Shown here: in pieces, positions 11,455-23,951 of the stretch
How positions within the stretch are numbered: position 1 is the first letter of the stretch
How the letters are laid out: every line of letters starts with the position of its first letter
Assembly: GCA_040285855.1 (NCBI GenBank)
Contig: JAUFOQ010000016.1
Location: 2,542,001-2,606,000 of the forward strand
Origin: Eukaryota sp. GEM-RC1
Taxonomy: Eukaryota
Length of the DNA: 64,000 nucleotides
Reading direction: 5' to 3'
Position numbers and translations under genes: made by a program
Notes under the pieces: generated by a model
The model's database searches: none
The model's input: the letters and a program-made list of their open reading frames with translations, nothing else
Told to the model about the DNA's origin: nothing

Positions 11455-13344
11455 TCAAAAACTAACAAAATCCGGCCATGGTGTGACAGACTTCTCGAAA
11501 CTAGGAATATGACTAAAGAAATCGAAATCAAAACAAGAATTTCCCTTAGTTTGTGCCACTGCATTCTGAACAACACCAGATACCATACTCAAATGACTTT
11601 TAACGAAACTTCCACACAAAACTCTAACAAAAGATTCACCTGATCCAGTCTCAACATACGTGACGTAAATCAGCTGACCATCTTGTTTTCCATTAGAATA
11701 TATAATATTTGGATCGTCATAATCTTGAGTTTCAGAAAAGAACATATTTAAAGAAGATCTAATAGTTCTAAAAAGAACAGCCTTGTTGATGTCAGAGTCT
11801 ACTTTAATCATAGTACCGGTTGCACAAGTAACAAAGAACTTTGTACAATGAGACAGAACATCAGTGTTTCTTATCGAGTGCCAGTCTAAGATCTTGGTAC
11901 TTCCATCAGCATGGTACAAAACACCAAATTTAAAAACATTTAAATTTGAGAAATTTCGTACGCCACCACAATTATCAAAAAGTTTTCGATCAATGTCAAC
12001 CTTCACCAATTGCGGAACATTAAAAACAATAATTTCACCAGTCGAAGGCGTATAAATTCGAGGAACATCATTCGAATATTTAGAACTTTTCAAATGTTGT
12101 CGTAAAATCGCCATCTTCTTCCTTTCCGAATGAACCAAAACTAAATTCTTTGGCTTTAATCCCTTAATTAACCTATTCAAACCCAATCCATCAGAATGAG
12201 CTGAAAACTCTAACTGAGCAATCTTACAATTGATTGGAACAACAACGCCATCAATCTCAATCGACGTCACGTCACCATTTAAAACCTTAGCAGCCAACGT
12301 ATTAGAAACACAATACCCAGGCAAAATCACCGTGTTCTTGGCATCACCAGCCCACCTCTTAAACAACTCTAACGCAGTGCCACCCTGTAACATTGCTGGA
12401 GCTGCAAATACAACGCACGGTTGGTTTGCAGAGACAGCAGTCCAAGAGAAAGGAGTGACCTTCTTGTACTTGAGACTCTGTTGAAAGGATAGCCATGAAC
12501 CATAGTGAGAGTAAGGCACGTCAGCATGGGAAGAGAGACCTGTTGAGAAGAAAACTGGAATGTCGATATCATTGTTATTCCAATAGTTATCCACGGTGAT
12601 ACAAATCTCCTGCATTCTACCTAGTCCAGTTGAGGGAACTAAAACCTTTCCCCCATTGGAGACAGTGTTGTGGATGATGGAGAGGAAGGAATGATCACGG
12701 TCTGCAGTGTTGATGCGAGGGACAGTCATTGCAGTGGCTTCTGAGATGAGAATGTCAGTCTTGAGATGAAGAGGTATAGAAGGGCAGAGATGACGATCTG
12801 GAAGGGGAGTAAAGTCTCCAGTATAGAAGATTGAGGTACCAGCACATTCCAGGTAGACCATTGCAGCTCCAAGAATGTGACCAGCTGGGTATAGAGTGAA
12901 GGAGACGTCAGAAACGGTTACTGTTTGGTAGAAAGAGACTGGCTTTACCCTGGAAAGTGCGTGTTCAACTTGAGATGACGTGATTGTAGAACCAGATGCT
13001 CTCATTGAGACTTTGATTAAATCTTCGAGGATTAAGGGAGCAATGGCTTTAGTGGGATGAGTCATGAAGATGGGAACAGCTGATCTCATAACAGAGGGAA
13101 GAATGGGAAGTGCTCCAATGTGGTCCAAGTGAAAATGAGATATGATGACTGCAACAATAGATGAGATATTGATATCTGCAGTGCTTAGAGGTGGGAATCG
13201 GTCTTTATGAGCTCCCATATGAACACCACAATCTAAAATAACAGAACGTTGTTCATCATCAGCACCCTTGAAGGATATAACAAAACAGGATCTTCCCACC
13301 TCTAAACCTGCACCTAACACGTTAATTGTGATCGTTGTTTCCAT
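11455..13344 (-). CDS. INTS11: Integrator subunit 11 / CPSF73-like metallo-beta-lactamase, beta-CASP nuclease
   Basis: LGAGLEVGRSC, ISHFHLDHIGALP, PIFMTHPTKAIAPLILED (INTS11-type), AGHILGAAM, YTGDF, FSAHSD. Confidence 0.85.
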   Translation of the reverse strand: METTITINVLGAGLEVGRSCFVISFKGADDEQRSVILDCGVHMGAHKDRFPPLSTADINISSIVAVIISHFHLDHIGALPILPSVMRSAVPIFMTHPTKAIAPLILEDLIKVSMRASGSTITSSQVEHALSRVKPVSFYQTVTVSDVSFTLYPAGHILGAAMVYLECAGTSIFYTGDFTPLPDRHLCPSIPLHLKTDILISEATAMTVPRINTADRDHSFLSIIHNTVSNGGKVLVPSTGLGRMQEICITVDNYWNNNDIDIPVFFSTGLSSHADVPYSHYGSWLSFQQSLKYKKVTPFSWTAVSANQPCVVFAAPAMLQGGTALELFKRWAGDAKNTVILPGYCVSNTLAAKVLNGDVTSIEIDGVVVPINCKIAQLEFSAHSDGLGLNRLIKGLKPKNLVLVHSERKKMAILRQHLKSSKYSNDVPRIYTPSTGEIIVFNVPQLVKVDIDRKLFDNCGGVRNFSNLNVFKFGVLYHADGSTKILDWHSIRNTDVLSHCTKFFVTCATGTMIKVDSDINKAVLFRTIRSSLNMFFSETQDYDDPNIIYSNGKQDGQLIYVTYVETGSGESFVRVLCGSFVKSHLSMVSGVVQNAVAQTKGNSCFDFDFFSHIPSFEKSVTPWPDFVSF

Positions 13345-13413
13345 TGTGTGAAAGGCAAAAGGAGAAGGTGATCGAGTTCAAGGACAACAAAACTTCCTTT
13401 TGCAATTCTCCAA

Positions 13414-15443
13414 ATGCTTCCCATGCAGGAGCATTCCAAAGTCCCTTCTAATCCAACCGATGTCATTATAGATTTCAGTGATACTCCTTCTGGTAGAGTC
13501 AGTGTTGTCATTGAACTCTTCATCTTCATCTGTTTTCTCCTTGTCTTTCTCACTGCTTTTCATCTTCAACGTCCCAATTCAGAGGCTTATTTCTTTGCTG
13601 ACGGTTTAAAAGAGATCCTTATCCGTAACGAATTTGATGAAATTTGGGATCATCATAGTAAAACCTTCGAAGATGCTGATACTACAAGAGATATGTGGAC
13701 CTATCTTCGCAGTACCTTCATCGACTACGTTCTCGTGGACACCTTCTACAATGATCAACCACTCCCCCCTCAACACGCCTTCAACTATGTCCACACATAC
13801 AATCGTATCCTAGGAGGCATAACCCTCAGAACCCTTAGAGTCAAGAAGAACTCGTGTGATGTGCCTGATGTTTTCGAAGATATGATTGACTTTTGCATCC
13901 CTGAGTTCAGTGAGGAAACTGAAGAGTCAGAGCCCTATGGTCCAGGGGGTATATGGACTTGGGCATCTTCAAGAGAACTCTCTGGTTATTCTTACATGGG
14001 TTTTCACAACAGTTATCCTGGGTCTGGGTATAAAGTTGATCTGCCACGTAATCACACGTTGGCGTTTGAGTATCTGCAGTTCCTTCATGATAATTTGTTT
14101 ATTGATCGGCAAACTAGAGCTGCTTTTATTGACTTTACAGTGTATAACACGGCTTTGAATCTGTTTTGTATTATTCGATTGGCTTTTGAAATGCCGGCAG
14201 GTGGAGGTAATTTCGGTGTTTCAACTTTCAGAACTTTGAAACTTTTTAATTATCTTAGACATGAGGACTTTCAACGACTTGGCTTTGAAATTGCGGTTGT
14301 TTTATTCAATATCGTCTACAGTCTTTTAGGAATACGTAGAATGTTCAAGCAAGGTCTTAGCCTATACTTTTCAACTTTCTGGCACTGGTTTGATTGGATT
14401 CGAAACTTGTCTCTATTTTTAGTCATTGGGATGAGGATTCATTCGTACTTACAAATTCGAGAAACTTTGAGTGAAGGTTATACGGATAATTCTGCGAGTG
14501 TGTATCAAAGTGTTGGGTTTATCATGAATCAAGAGTTGAATGTTCTGAGTTGTATTGCGTTTTTAATGTTTTTCTCTCTTTTTAAATATTTCGAAATTTC
14601 CAATAAGTTGTCGATGTTCACAAGGTTCTTAAAACCGCTGCCAAAGATGTAGCGGGATTTTCCATCGTCTTTTTAATCATCTTCATGGGTTACGCCTTTG
14701 CCGGTCGTTTGGCCTTTGGTATTGACGTTTACGAATATCGCTCAATGAAGCATGCATCTTTGTCTCTGTTCAGAATAGTTGTTGGTGATTTTGATTATGA
14801 TGCATTGTTCTTGGCTAATCGAGTTCTAGGCCCTACTTTCCTAGTGTCATTCATGTTCTTAGTGTTCTTTGTTCTTTTGAATATGTTCTTAGCTATTATT
14901 AATGATACCTTTACATTGGTACGTGAAGACGAATCTAAAATGAAGGAAGACATGCTGCTGTCTACTTTAGGGTCAATGTCTAGAAGTGTTAAGAGAAAGA
15001 TTGGGTTTAGATTAGGGAGGATTACTGATATGACTAAGAATCCTCTAACTTTGAAGACTAATGTAGATGAGAGGATTTCGGAAGATTCGTTGGTGAAACT
15101 GTTAAATAATAGAAGGGATGCTACGATTTCGTTGTTTGGGCAAATGTCTCCAAGTGAAGTTTTAGCCAAGTTTGATAGTAACCGTGATGGTTACCTGACT
15201 TTTACTGAGTATAATCATATTGCTAAACTGTTGGAGAATGAAAGTAGTAAGTTAAAGGAACGGCATTTGTTCCAGATTTGGCAAGATTCTCAATTTGAAA
15301 AGTTTAAAAATGGTGCTGCGGTTGATGACGCGGTGATTGCTTTAAGTAAGAGAATTTCTCGCATTGAAGCATCTTTAGCTACTCTTGCTGATACTCTTGT
15401 TGATATTAACAAGACTGTGAAGAGAAATAGATTTGCTCGATAA
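13414..15443 (+). CDS. PKD2: Polycystin-2 (TRPP) cation channel with EF-hand and coiled coil; single frameshift near 14620
   Basis: NRILGGITLRTLRVKKNSC, YPGSGY, IDRQTRAAFIDFTVYN, GDFDY, FFVLLNMFLAIINDT, DSNRDGYLTFTE. Adding one base near 14620 restores TKVLKTAAKDVAGF and joins the two ORFs. Confidence 0.92.
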
Positions 15444-15528
15444 TTTTTGTGTAATTTTAGTTTTTTGAGCGTTGATGTTATATAAAATGTAAGAGTTTAT
15501 TTGCAACAATAAATTAATACATACTAAT

Positions 15529-16185
15529 TCAGAAAATGAAAGAAGTTAAATTCTCCACATCAACACGAGAATTGTCCCTATACAACTTCGAAAAAATGGA
15601 ACATAAATACTTGGGAATGCTTCTATAAAGAGCGAACATAATTCGATTAATCCATACAGCGCTATTAAACACCTTGCCATTAGAACGACATAAAAGACTA
15701 AAATCACTGAAAAACTTTAAACCAGCTGGACCAATATTACCAAAAATTGAAATGGCAAATGGAACAAATGAAAACTTAGAATATAGATTTTCATTAAGCT
15801 TCTGCAAAGCATCCGCATAATTTGAACACTTTCGTTGTTCAGCCTTTTCCAGATGACCATTCGAATCATTCAATATGGAGTCTTGGTAGACCTTTGCAAA
15901 CGGGTCAACTGTAGTAAAATCAACCACAACTTGAGATGAATCAAGGAAAGGAGCAATTAAGTCACCACGCCGAGAATCAAACACGTTATTGTCACTATAA
16001 TGTTTCAGAAGAGGTTCAATTTTACAACTATAATTGTAGGATTTGAACATTTCATAAGTAACGTCACGAACAGCGTTATGTAGAACAGATGATGTTATAT
16101 AATGTTTATTAACTTTTTCTATCTGACATACATATGTACTCAATGAGATTGTTGCGATACTACGAAGAGAAATGCAATTTCTCAA
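15529..16185 (-). mobile_element. 5'-truncated CRE-clade non-LTR retrotransposon, restriction-like endonuclease (RLE) domain
   Basis: LHNAVRD..KIEP..RRGDL..VVDFTTVDP..AEQRK..FVPFAISIFGNIG matches the PD-(D/E)xK RLE of CRE/SLACS-type elements. Confidence 0.75.
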
Positions 16186-16269
16186 TACCCCTTACTACTG
16201 TAGTATGTATTTCGTTCATTTATGTTTTATATAAAAAAAACGGGGTTTATGATCAATCAGTGAAATAAA

Positions 16270-17450
16270 TGCATTTGCAGAAGTTAATAACTAACAGACA
16301 CTAACTAAAGTATCTAAACTATGATCCTTCTGTCCATCACCGAACAACTTACCTAAAATTGAATTAAAATATCTGTGCATTGAACGAAACATATTTTATA
16401 TTGGCTAAGATTAGTTTGTCTACTTCATCTAGATTTATGTTAAGAGTGATACTAGTATTGACCAGGTCCAAATTGAAATCTAATCACATAACTTTGGCAA
16501 AGAACACACATATAAGGTCTGAAGAATTCAAAACTATGCTGTGGAAGAAATCTACACCTATTTAGCCACTACCAACATATGTACAGTACTAGTAGTGTAT
16601 TTTTTAGTTTTTAAACAAATCTTGTATCTCTTCAAGATACATTTCATCTGAAGACGTAAACAAAATTAACAGTACTATTCCATGACATGATCTTGAACCC
16701 CAAAGAGTTTCTTCAAAATTCCGTCGAAATACTGGAAACATTGAGCGAAATATAGAAAAAACGAGACGATCCCTCCAAAAACTAATGTTAAACTTCTTGC
16801 CAAATTCACAACACAATGGTTTAAAAGATGACAAAAACGTTTGAGCTGCATAACCCAAATTCCCATAAATCGAAATACCAAAAGGTTGAAACACCAAAGC
16901 ATTATGTTTTTTGTGAATTCAATTTAGAAATAGAATCACAATAACGAGGACATTTCTTATCGTCAGCATTATCCAAAGGTGAATATTGATCATCCAATAT
17001 TATGCTACTACAGAATCATTACAAGGATCCACAGTGGTGAAATCCAAAACAACTTCTTCACAACTTTAACCATGGACCAATTAAATCACCGCGACTCTTA
17101 TCACGAATGACAGAATCAGAAAACGCTGACAATAGAGGTCCAATTTTATCATGAAAGCTGTTTGCTCTAAATAAAGAAAGGCATTGATCACGAATACTCT
17201 TGTGAAGAACAGATCAAAAGTGATTTATTTAGGGTAATTAACAATGCGATGAAATGAAGCGGGCTTTGAAGCACTACAGATGCAATTAGACTGATGAAGT
17301 AAGCCATCCGGCTAGAGCCGCAACGTCTTTTAGTTTTTTTAGTATAAACTTTAATGTTCGACTTCGCGTGACCATCGAAACTTACCGCTTTTGCAAACAA
17401 TTGGATGAACGAGTTCAATTTTAATAATTCTGCTTGATTACTCAAATAGC
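16270..17450 (-). mobile_element. Further degenerate CRE-type RLE remnants
   Basis: Broken frames: SVLHKSIRDQ..KSRGDLIGP..VLDFTTVDP..FQPFGISIYGNLG..FWRDRLVFSIFRSM, plus a second C-terminal copy MFRSMHRYFNSILGKLFG near 16290-16390. Confidence 0.7.
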
Positions 17451-17535
17451 TCAAGTTACAGTAATTTTTTTGATAACTCTTGGTCATTAAACATGCGTTT
17501 ACGGTCATATATTTGGCCTGATATCTTTCCACAAT

Positions 17536-18138
17536 TTGAAATGCCAATGTGGGCAATCTGTAACGCTTACACATAAACTGAATTGTAACCGTTTCAATTC
17601 TCTTAGAAGTAAGGTTCATGATTCAGTAAGGAATCAATTATATTGTTTGTGTAAATCTTATGAAATAGTTTCCCTTTTAGAACCAATTAGTTTGTTTGAT
17701 GATACGGTTGTTGACAATTCGTTTGGCAACAGCAGCGGTGATGTGATATTTCCTTGTCTTGATGGAACTTTCATTATTGCTGATGTTGTGTCTATCGATG
17801 TTTGTAATGATTCCATCAAACATGCTAAATCTAATGCTAAAACCCCCTGTTGAATGGTGGAAAATTCAAAATGGAGAGATATTCTGCTAAATTGAAATTA
17901 TTCATTTCGGTTTCACACTCGAATTACTTGTTGTACCCACTTGTATTTTCACTGTATGATTCTCTATGTGAATCTGCAACATCATTACTTGAAAGAAAGA
18001 ACATCTCGCACTTATGATCTTAGATTTTGGAAAAATGGAATTGTGATTGCTAGTATTAAAGGTATGGTGACTGCTGTATCTAGCGCTATATTATCTCTTG
18101 ACAGACATTATGAGGATAAGATAGGTGAGAATTTTTAG
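17536..18138 (+). mobile_element. Degenerate CRE-type RLE remnant, opposite orientation
   Basis: CQCG..HKLNC..KVHDSVRNQL..LEP..GDVIFP..IIADVVSID, and FWKNGIVIASIKGM. Confidence 0.7.
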
Positions 18139-18255
18139 ATATGCAATCTGGACTGTGAGGTTATTGATTATTACATGTATGAGCATTGTACACTGTAGTC
18201 TTGTTGTGACTTAAATCCCGCAATTAAGCCACTATCTGTGTAAAATTTCTTCTTG

Positions 18256-20548
18256 ATGGGTTTTCTTAATGATGTGTTAGGTTTCCGTAGAACTAACACT
18301 TCCATTAACTCTGTTACTGCCGAAAAACCTGAAAGGAATCCTGACACTTGCACTACAGTCGACATACATGAAAAGGTTCCTGTTTTCGTCCTTGTAAAGG
18401 GTATTCAGAGCCCACTTTCTATAAAAGGGTCCTTTGATCGCTGGTTATCAGCCATCCCTTTGACACAATTAGGGGATGGATGTTGCTACTTTGTCAAACT
18501 GGACAAACAGTCCTTTGAATACACCTATTGTTCTAAGGATGCCACTGAACCTGAATATACCCGTGTATACCGTGATAACCGTCGTGATACGAACCCCATC
18601 ATCGATTATTGCTTAGGGAGTAACACTCTCTTCTATGCTCATGATCTTGTTATTGCTCTCGCCGATGTTCTCCACAGTGGTCAACTGTATATTAAAGATA
18701 TTAACTTCCTCTGCAACGTCACACGGTCTATATTTGAAGACCTTGTTTTTGAAAAACGACTTGTCACTTCAGGAGTTGATGATAGTCTCAAAGATGAACT
18801 TCAATCATCGATTAAGATTCTTGTTCTTCACGGTCAATCTGATCTTGTGCAAAACTTGATCAAAAGGTTTCCACAGTTGACCTCTTTTATTCCCCTGACG
18901 AGATTTTTAAGTACCAGTTCAACATCCCTTCTCAACTTTGTCAATCACTGAGAGATCATCGTGAAAAGAGATTATGATGGTCAAACTTATAATTATCATT
19001 TATTCGTACTCTCGCTGTTCAACGAAGTTCTTACATCAACTCGTGGTTCTAGCAACTTTTCCCTCCTTGAACAACTTCTTCCTGATTCATCCTTATTCTT
19101 TTCTGTTCTCAACTCCTTCTATGGAGTCCTAGTACTTTGTACTGATGATAACTTTCATCTACTTCGTACCATTGCCTTGACTTTGAAATACCATAAGCTT
19201 GAGGAATTCCTTCAAAGCAAGATAAAGACTGGTTTTGTTACCTGTGAGTTTCAGTTAGACTCAAGTCAAGTTGTTTCAGTGTTGGTTAAATCTGCAATTA
19301 GAGATGTGTCTTTAACTTATAATCAATCTACTGTTCCTATTAATTCTTTACTTTTAAGTTGTTTCTCAACACATTTTAATAATTTATTCAATGGACAGTT
19401 TAGTGATTCTCCCACTAGAAATTTTAAATATTGTGCTGAATTTCCAGGTGTTCAAGAAGATGTATTTGTTCAATTCTTTAGGTGTGCATACAGTGATGCA
19501 ATTACCATCACTTCTTCAAATGTTCTATGTATTTATCAATTATCTGTTTACTTCCAAGTCAAAGAGCTTGACACAGCTTGTCTTCAATTTCTTACGAACT
19601 CCCTTATGAACAATACTGATCTACACCGATTGCTTCATGTATCTAATCAACGTGGTTTGGTCCATTTCATTAAATCAAATATTAATATCTGGAAATTTCG
19701 TTCTTTGTCAACACTGTCACCTATACCACTGAATCCTTCACTATTTGAATTATTAGGAAAACATTTTGATCATGTTTGGCTCACAAAGTGTCTGGTTTTA
19801 ACAGCAACTACAACTCAAATTGATCATTCTGAGGTCAAACACATTCTGTCACTCATCAAATTCAAGGAACAGAATCTCCGTGAATTGTTCAACAGTGTAC
19901 TACCACTCGTTCAAAGCAAATCCTATGAACAATTGATGATGAACTATTCTTATGAATTGTTTCAAGGTATTAAATCTGTTAAAATATACCACAAGACTGG
20001 TTTCTGTGGACTTTAAAAGCTTATGGCAAGAATCATCGAATGTCCGAAGATTCCTTTTTGATTGAATTGTTTCCTCAAGTATTTCAAAATCCAAGTAATT
20101 GTCCCAACAATATCATAGATATTTCTCCAAAATCTTTTGAACTTCTTGCCATGAAATTACATCAAAAGTTCAGTATTTGGTTATTAAAACAGTCAATTCA
20201 CAGCTTCCAAGATTCAAAAACTGTTCATAATTGGTCAGTTAATGAGTTTAAAACCTGCATCAAAACATCAAATCTCCAGCAGACGATCCTGTTCAATTTT
20301 TTGAAATTTTAAATCCAGTAAAAAGGAATCCAGATTTGTTGGAATTTTTAAATGATCTATATGTTCAAAAACTTCCAGTAGTTTCCAGTTTTCAACAGAA
20401 CAAAATTTCAACTCTAGAGCAACAAGTTATATCTCTAAAAACAACTTCTTTAATGCTCAACTTTAGAGAATTCCATGAGCGTTTAGAGGCACAAGTTTCT
20501 AAAAATACAGCAAATTTGGAAGAATTGAAATCAGACTCAGCAACTTAA
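18256..20548 (+). CDS. BTB/POZ-domain protein split into four ORFs (frameshifted gene or pseudogene)
   Basis: DVSLTYNQSTVPINSLLLSCFSTHFNNLFNGQFSDS..FFRCAYSDAITITSSNVLCIYQLSVYFQVKELDTAC is a BTB domain; consecutive same-strand ORFs are nearly contiguous. Confidence 0.7.
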
Positions 20549-20936
20549 ATGATTCCATTGATTTACAACTTTGTCATAATGCTAGTGTGACTTTCAAAAA
20601 GCGAATCTTTTGAATGTCTTTATATGTTCCATTAGTGAGAAATAGATTTGAACAACAATTCGAATCGTGCTTGAAAGTTGAAATTAAACATTTGAATACA
20701 GTTATACTTCTTTATAAGTGGGAACGTTAGTGATCGCAGATGCTCTAAATTAAACTGTATTTAGAAAGATGTACACAACTAATTAATTGGGATATATCCT
20801 CCTAAATTAAGAGTTTTAACAAAAATAGAACTCATCACTAACGACAATGACTCTACAGAACCCAAGAAATGAGTTCTTGAATCTATCAACTATCAAGAAT
20901 GTCAAAAAATGAATTAACAAACAATAGAAACCATCT

Positions 20937-23054
20937 TTAAAAGTCTCCAACAGTACTCTTTAAAATTGCAACAACCTTATCAACAGAAATAATATCAATT
21001 CCAAAAGTATTCAACTTTTCAAATTTTTGATATGAAATTAACAATTTTGAAAAGATTCTTTTCATGATAGTGCAACAAAGCGATTGATCTGTAAATAGAG
21101 ACAAAACATCACTTTTGATTGATTTAATCTCCTCTATCCACGTGTTCTCAAACTCAGAGCTCACCGCACGGAGAGAATTTTCATTTACCTCTGATTTTTT
21201 AGAAAATGACAACAGAGCTCCAAAAGAAAATGACAATCTCCGGGAAACAAATAATTGAATATTAGTTGAGACGAAATCCTCGAAATAATTATGTAATTCA
21301 GGAACACCTGAAACTCGTTGTTGAATGTAAATTCCACCAATAACCAAAAACCCTGGCGACATGAAGGGTTTTTCTAGACAATAAGGGTGTGTGGAGATAC
21401 TCTGAAGATGAAAAACCATTGCATTCTTAATTTGGTTACAGATTTCCCCCAAGAATTGGACATTTGATTGATCAGAAGCACATAGAAACACAGAAGTAGA
21501 AGGAGTCCAATAACTCAGACAAAGGAGTGAAGCTAAATGATCTAATTCTGGTGATTGCGTACAATCAATCAAATCTGATAGAATCATGGTTGAAGGTCGC
21601 GGAAGCTCGGTGATTGTGGTGCAATAATTCGTGACGATTGACTTAATTCGTGGAATTGACGTCATACAGACAAAATCAAAGAACCCCAAATCAACCTTGC
21701 TGACGTCACTGTCGGTCATATAAAATGATTGGAAACGTGATAGGATCCGATTGCGATAAAGCCCTACTAATCTGACTGAGACAATCAAGGAGACCACATC
21801 CATATTTACAACAGAAGATATCAAAAATGGAGAGAATAATGAGCTGATGACGTCATTCATTCGAGAGAGAACTTCAGAGAAGTTTGACGAAAGGAAAACA
21901 AAAGAAAAGCTACTTTCTATTGTTATGAGGTCGGTTATTAACTGTAATAAATCATTCATGAAATGAATAAAACTTGAAGAATTAGAAAAGCTTGCCTTTT
22001 TGGAAACAAGATTGGTAGAATAAATACCTCTACCGAATTTAATAAATTCATCAGAATTTGGATCCACTAAATTGGAACAAAGAGTTGAAAAAGTTTCAGA
22101 ATTTAGAATCTTTGAATTTTTGCGTAGATATTTACCAAAATTCGACAAATCCTCTGTTTGCATCCCACTAGAATTATTTTGAATTTTTTGAATTACACGG
22201 TGTGCAGAACGAACAACATTTTTTAAATATCCTGAATATTTTTCATCAATCAAATCACAATATCCTCGTACAACAACAACGCTCTTCTCAAAACGACCAA
22301 TATTGGCCATAAGTTCAGATAACGGCAAAAGTTCCGAATCCTGAAGTTCAAAAAACCTATTAAATCGAATTTTTGAAATTCTCTCAAATTTCCCCAAAAC
22401 ATGCTTCACTGCATTATCAATAGCCGTATCTCTCATTGATGACAAATTAACCAACGACTGATTTGTACAAGGATAATTATGATCAGAAAGATATGATATT
22501 TTTGAAGAGAGAAGACGGAGGGAGGAACAAAAGGATGGACCAAAAGAATGAGGTTGTAACAGACTCCTTACATGGGTTTGTTCTAGGAAAGTTGCCTTGT
22601 AAAGGTCTCTAATAAAAGGAGCCACACTTCTTCTGTTAGACAGTTTGTATGAAATTTGAGAGGCTTCGTCTTGTAGCTGACGAATTTCACTTGATAGGAT
22701 ATTGATGTCGTCTGTGAATTTGTTAAGGAAGTCCTCCACTGAGTCTAGAGAGGATGATGCTTTGGTTAGACTCTCGTGCATGGAAAGAAAAGAAGATTCG
22801 TGAGGAGTGAGTTGTTCGGCGATACCGAGTTCAGTGGCTGATAGAGACTGTTGCATGGAAGATATGAATGAGCGAAGGTCGAAAGAATCAGTATCTAAAG
22901 CTTGACTAACTTCGGGAATGTTTAGGGTAGACTCTAGATGTTGAGACACCAGTGAGAAATCAGTGTCATCTATGTCATTAGATCTATTCCTAGAGAGAAA
23001 ATCCTGAATGTCGGATTCAAGAGTTGTTGACATTGGGAAAATTGTTAATCTCAT
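20937..23054 (-). CDS. VPS52: GARP complex subunit Vps52 (start may be the inner ATG at 23033)
   Basis: LDSVEDFLNKFTDDINILSSEIRQLQDEASQISYKLSNRR matches the Vps52 N-terminal coiled coil; 705 aa. Confidence 0.8.
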   Translation of the reverse strand: MRLTIFPMSTTLESDIQDFLSRNRSNDIDDTDFSLVSQHLESTLNIPEVSQALDTDSFDLRSFISSMQQSLSATELGIAEQLTPHESSFLSMHESLTKASSSLDSVEDFLNKFTDDINILSSEIRQLQDEASQISYKLSNRRSVAPFIRDLYKATFLEQTHVRSLLQPHSFGPSFCSSLRLLSSKISYLSDHNYPCTNQSLVNLSSMRDTAIDNAVKHVLGKFERISKIRFNRFFELQDSELLPLSELMANIGRFEKSVVVVRGYCDLIDEKYSGYLKNVVRSAHRVIQKIQNNSSGMQTEDLSNFGKYLRKNSKILNSETFSTLCSNLVDPNSDEFIKFGRGIYSTNLVSKKASFSNSSSFIHFMNDLLQLITDLITIESSFSFVFLSSNFSEVLSRMNDVISSLFSPFLISSVVNMDVVSLIVSVRLVGLYRNRILSRFQSFYMTDSDVSKVDLGFFDFVCMTSIPRIKSIVTNYCTTITELPRPSTMILSDLIDCTQSPELDHLASLLCLSYWTPSTSVFLCASDQSNVQFLGEICNQIKNAMVFHLQSISTHPYCLEKPFMSPGFLVIGGIYIQQRVSGVPELHNYFEDFVSTNIQLFVSRRLSFSFGALLSFSKKSEVNENSLRAVSSEFENTWIEEIKSIKSDVLSLFTDQSLCCTIMKRIFSKLLISYQKFEKLNTFGIDIISVDKVVAILKSTVGDF

Positions 23055-23739
23055 GTCACTTCCAAGGCCTAAATCTCCAGAGTTACCTAAAAACCATGCT
23101 GAACGTAATCAAGGACGTCGTCTTTTTGTAGTCCTAGAGAATTGCGGTCTTGAGACAGCTAAAACACGGAATCGTTACGAACTTCTTGTATCTGATGATC
23201 ATGCATCTCATCTTCAACATATGAACAGAGATCCCTCTGAAGCTCGTCCTGATATTGTACATCAGTGTCTAATGACTCTTCTTGACTCTCCACTCAATAA
23301 AGCCGGACTTTTACAAGTTTTTCTAAGAACCAGAAGGGGCGTTATCATAGAAGTCAACCCTCAACTTCGAATCCCTCGTACCTTTAAACGGTTCGCTGCT
23401 CTCATGGTCCAACTTCTCCACAAGCTATCCATTCGTGCTGCAGATGGTCCTGACAAGCTACTCAAAGTCATTAAGTCTCCCATCGAACAGCACCTACCCC
23501 CCGGTGCTCCCAAGGTCCTCTGCTCTTACTCAGCTGGGGAATGTATCAATATCTTTGACTATGCACGTAAACTACCTGATACTGAGCCCGTGGTGTTTAT
23601 TGTTGGAGGGCATGCTCATGGTAAGGTGGACATTGATTATAATACTAGTGAGATTGCTATTTCGGAGTACCCAATGTCTGGAGCTGGGTGTTTATCACGT
23701 GTTTTGACTGCTTTTGAAATGAAGTATGGAGTTTTGTAG
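23008..23739 (+). CDS. EMG1: 18S rRNA pseudouridine N1-methyltransferase Emg1/Nep1 (start may be ATG 23053)
   Basis: RPDIVHQCLMTLLDSPLNKAGLLQVF, RIPRTFKRFAALMVQLLHKLSIRA, GGHAHG. Confidence 0.97.
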   Translation: MSDSRVVDIGKIVNLMSLPRPKSPELPKNHAERNQGRRLFVVLENCGLETAKTRNRYELLVSDDHASHLQHMNRDPSEARPDIVHQCLMTLLDSPLNKAGLLQVFLRTRRGVIIEVNPQLRIPRTFKRFAALMVQLLHKLSIRAADGPDKLLKVIKSPIEQHLPPGAPKVLCSYSAGECINIFDYARKLPDTEPVVFIVGGHAHGKVDIDYNTSEIAISEYPMSGAGCLSRVLTAFEMKYGVL

Positions 23740-23951
23740 TACAACTTTAATAGTATTTTAGTATTTTTTGCTTTTGGCGAGTATATCTATTGTAGTTTTT
23801 TAGAATTGAGTGATATTTTTGAATTAAATTTGAATATTTTATTTGCAACAGCTAATCAACTCAAAGTAATTCAGGCAATGTTGGAATCTGAGCAACTCGG
23901 GAGTTGTCCTTAAAGAGCAAAACTTAGAATAAACGGGATAGTTTATAAATA

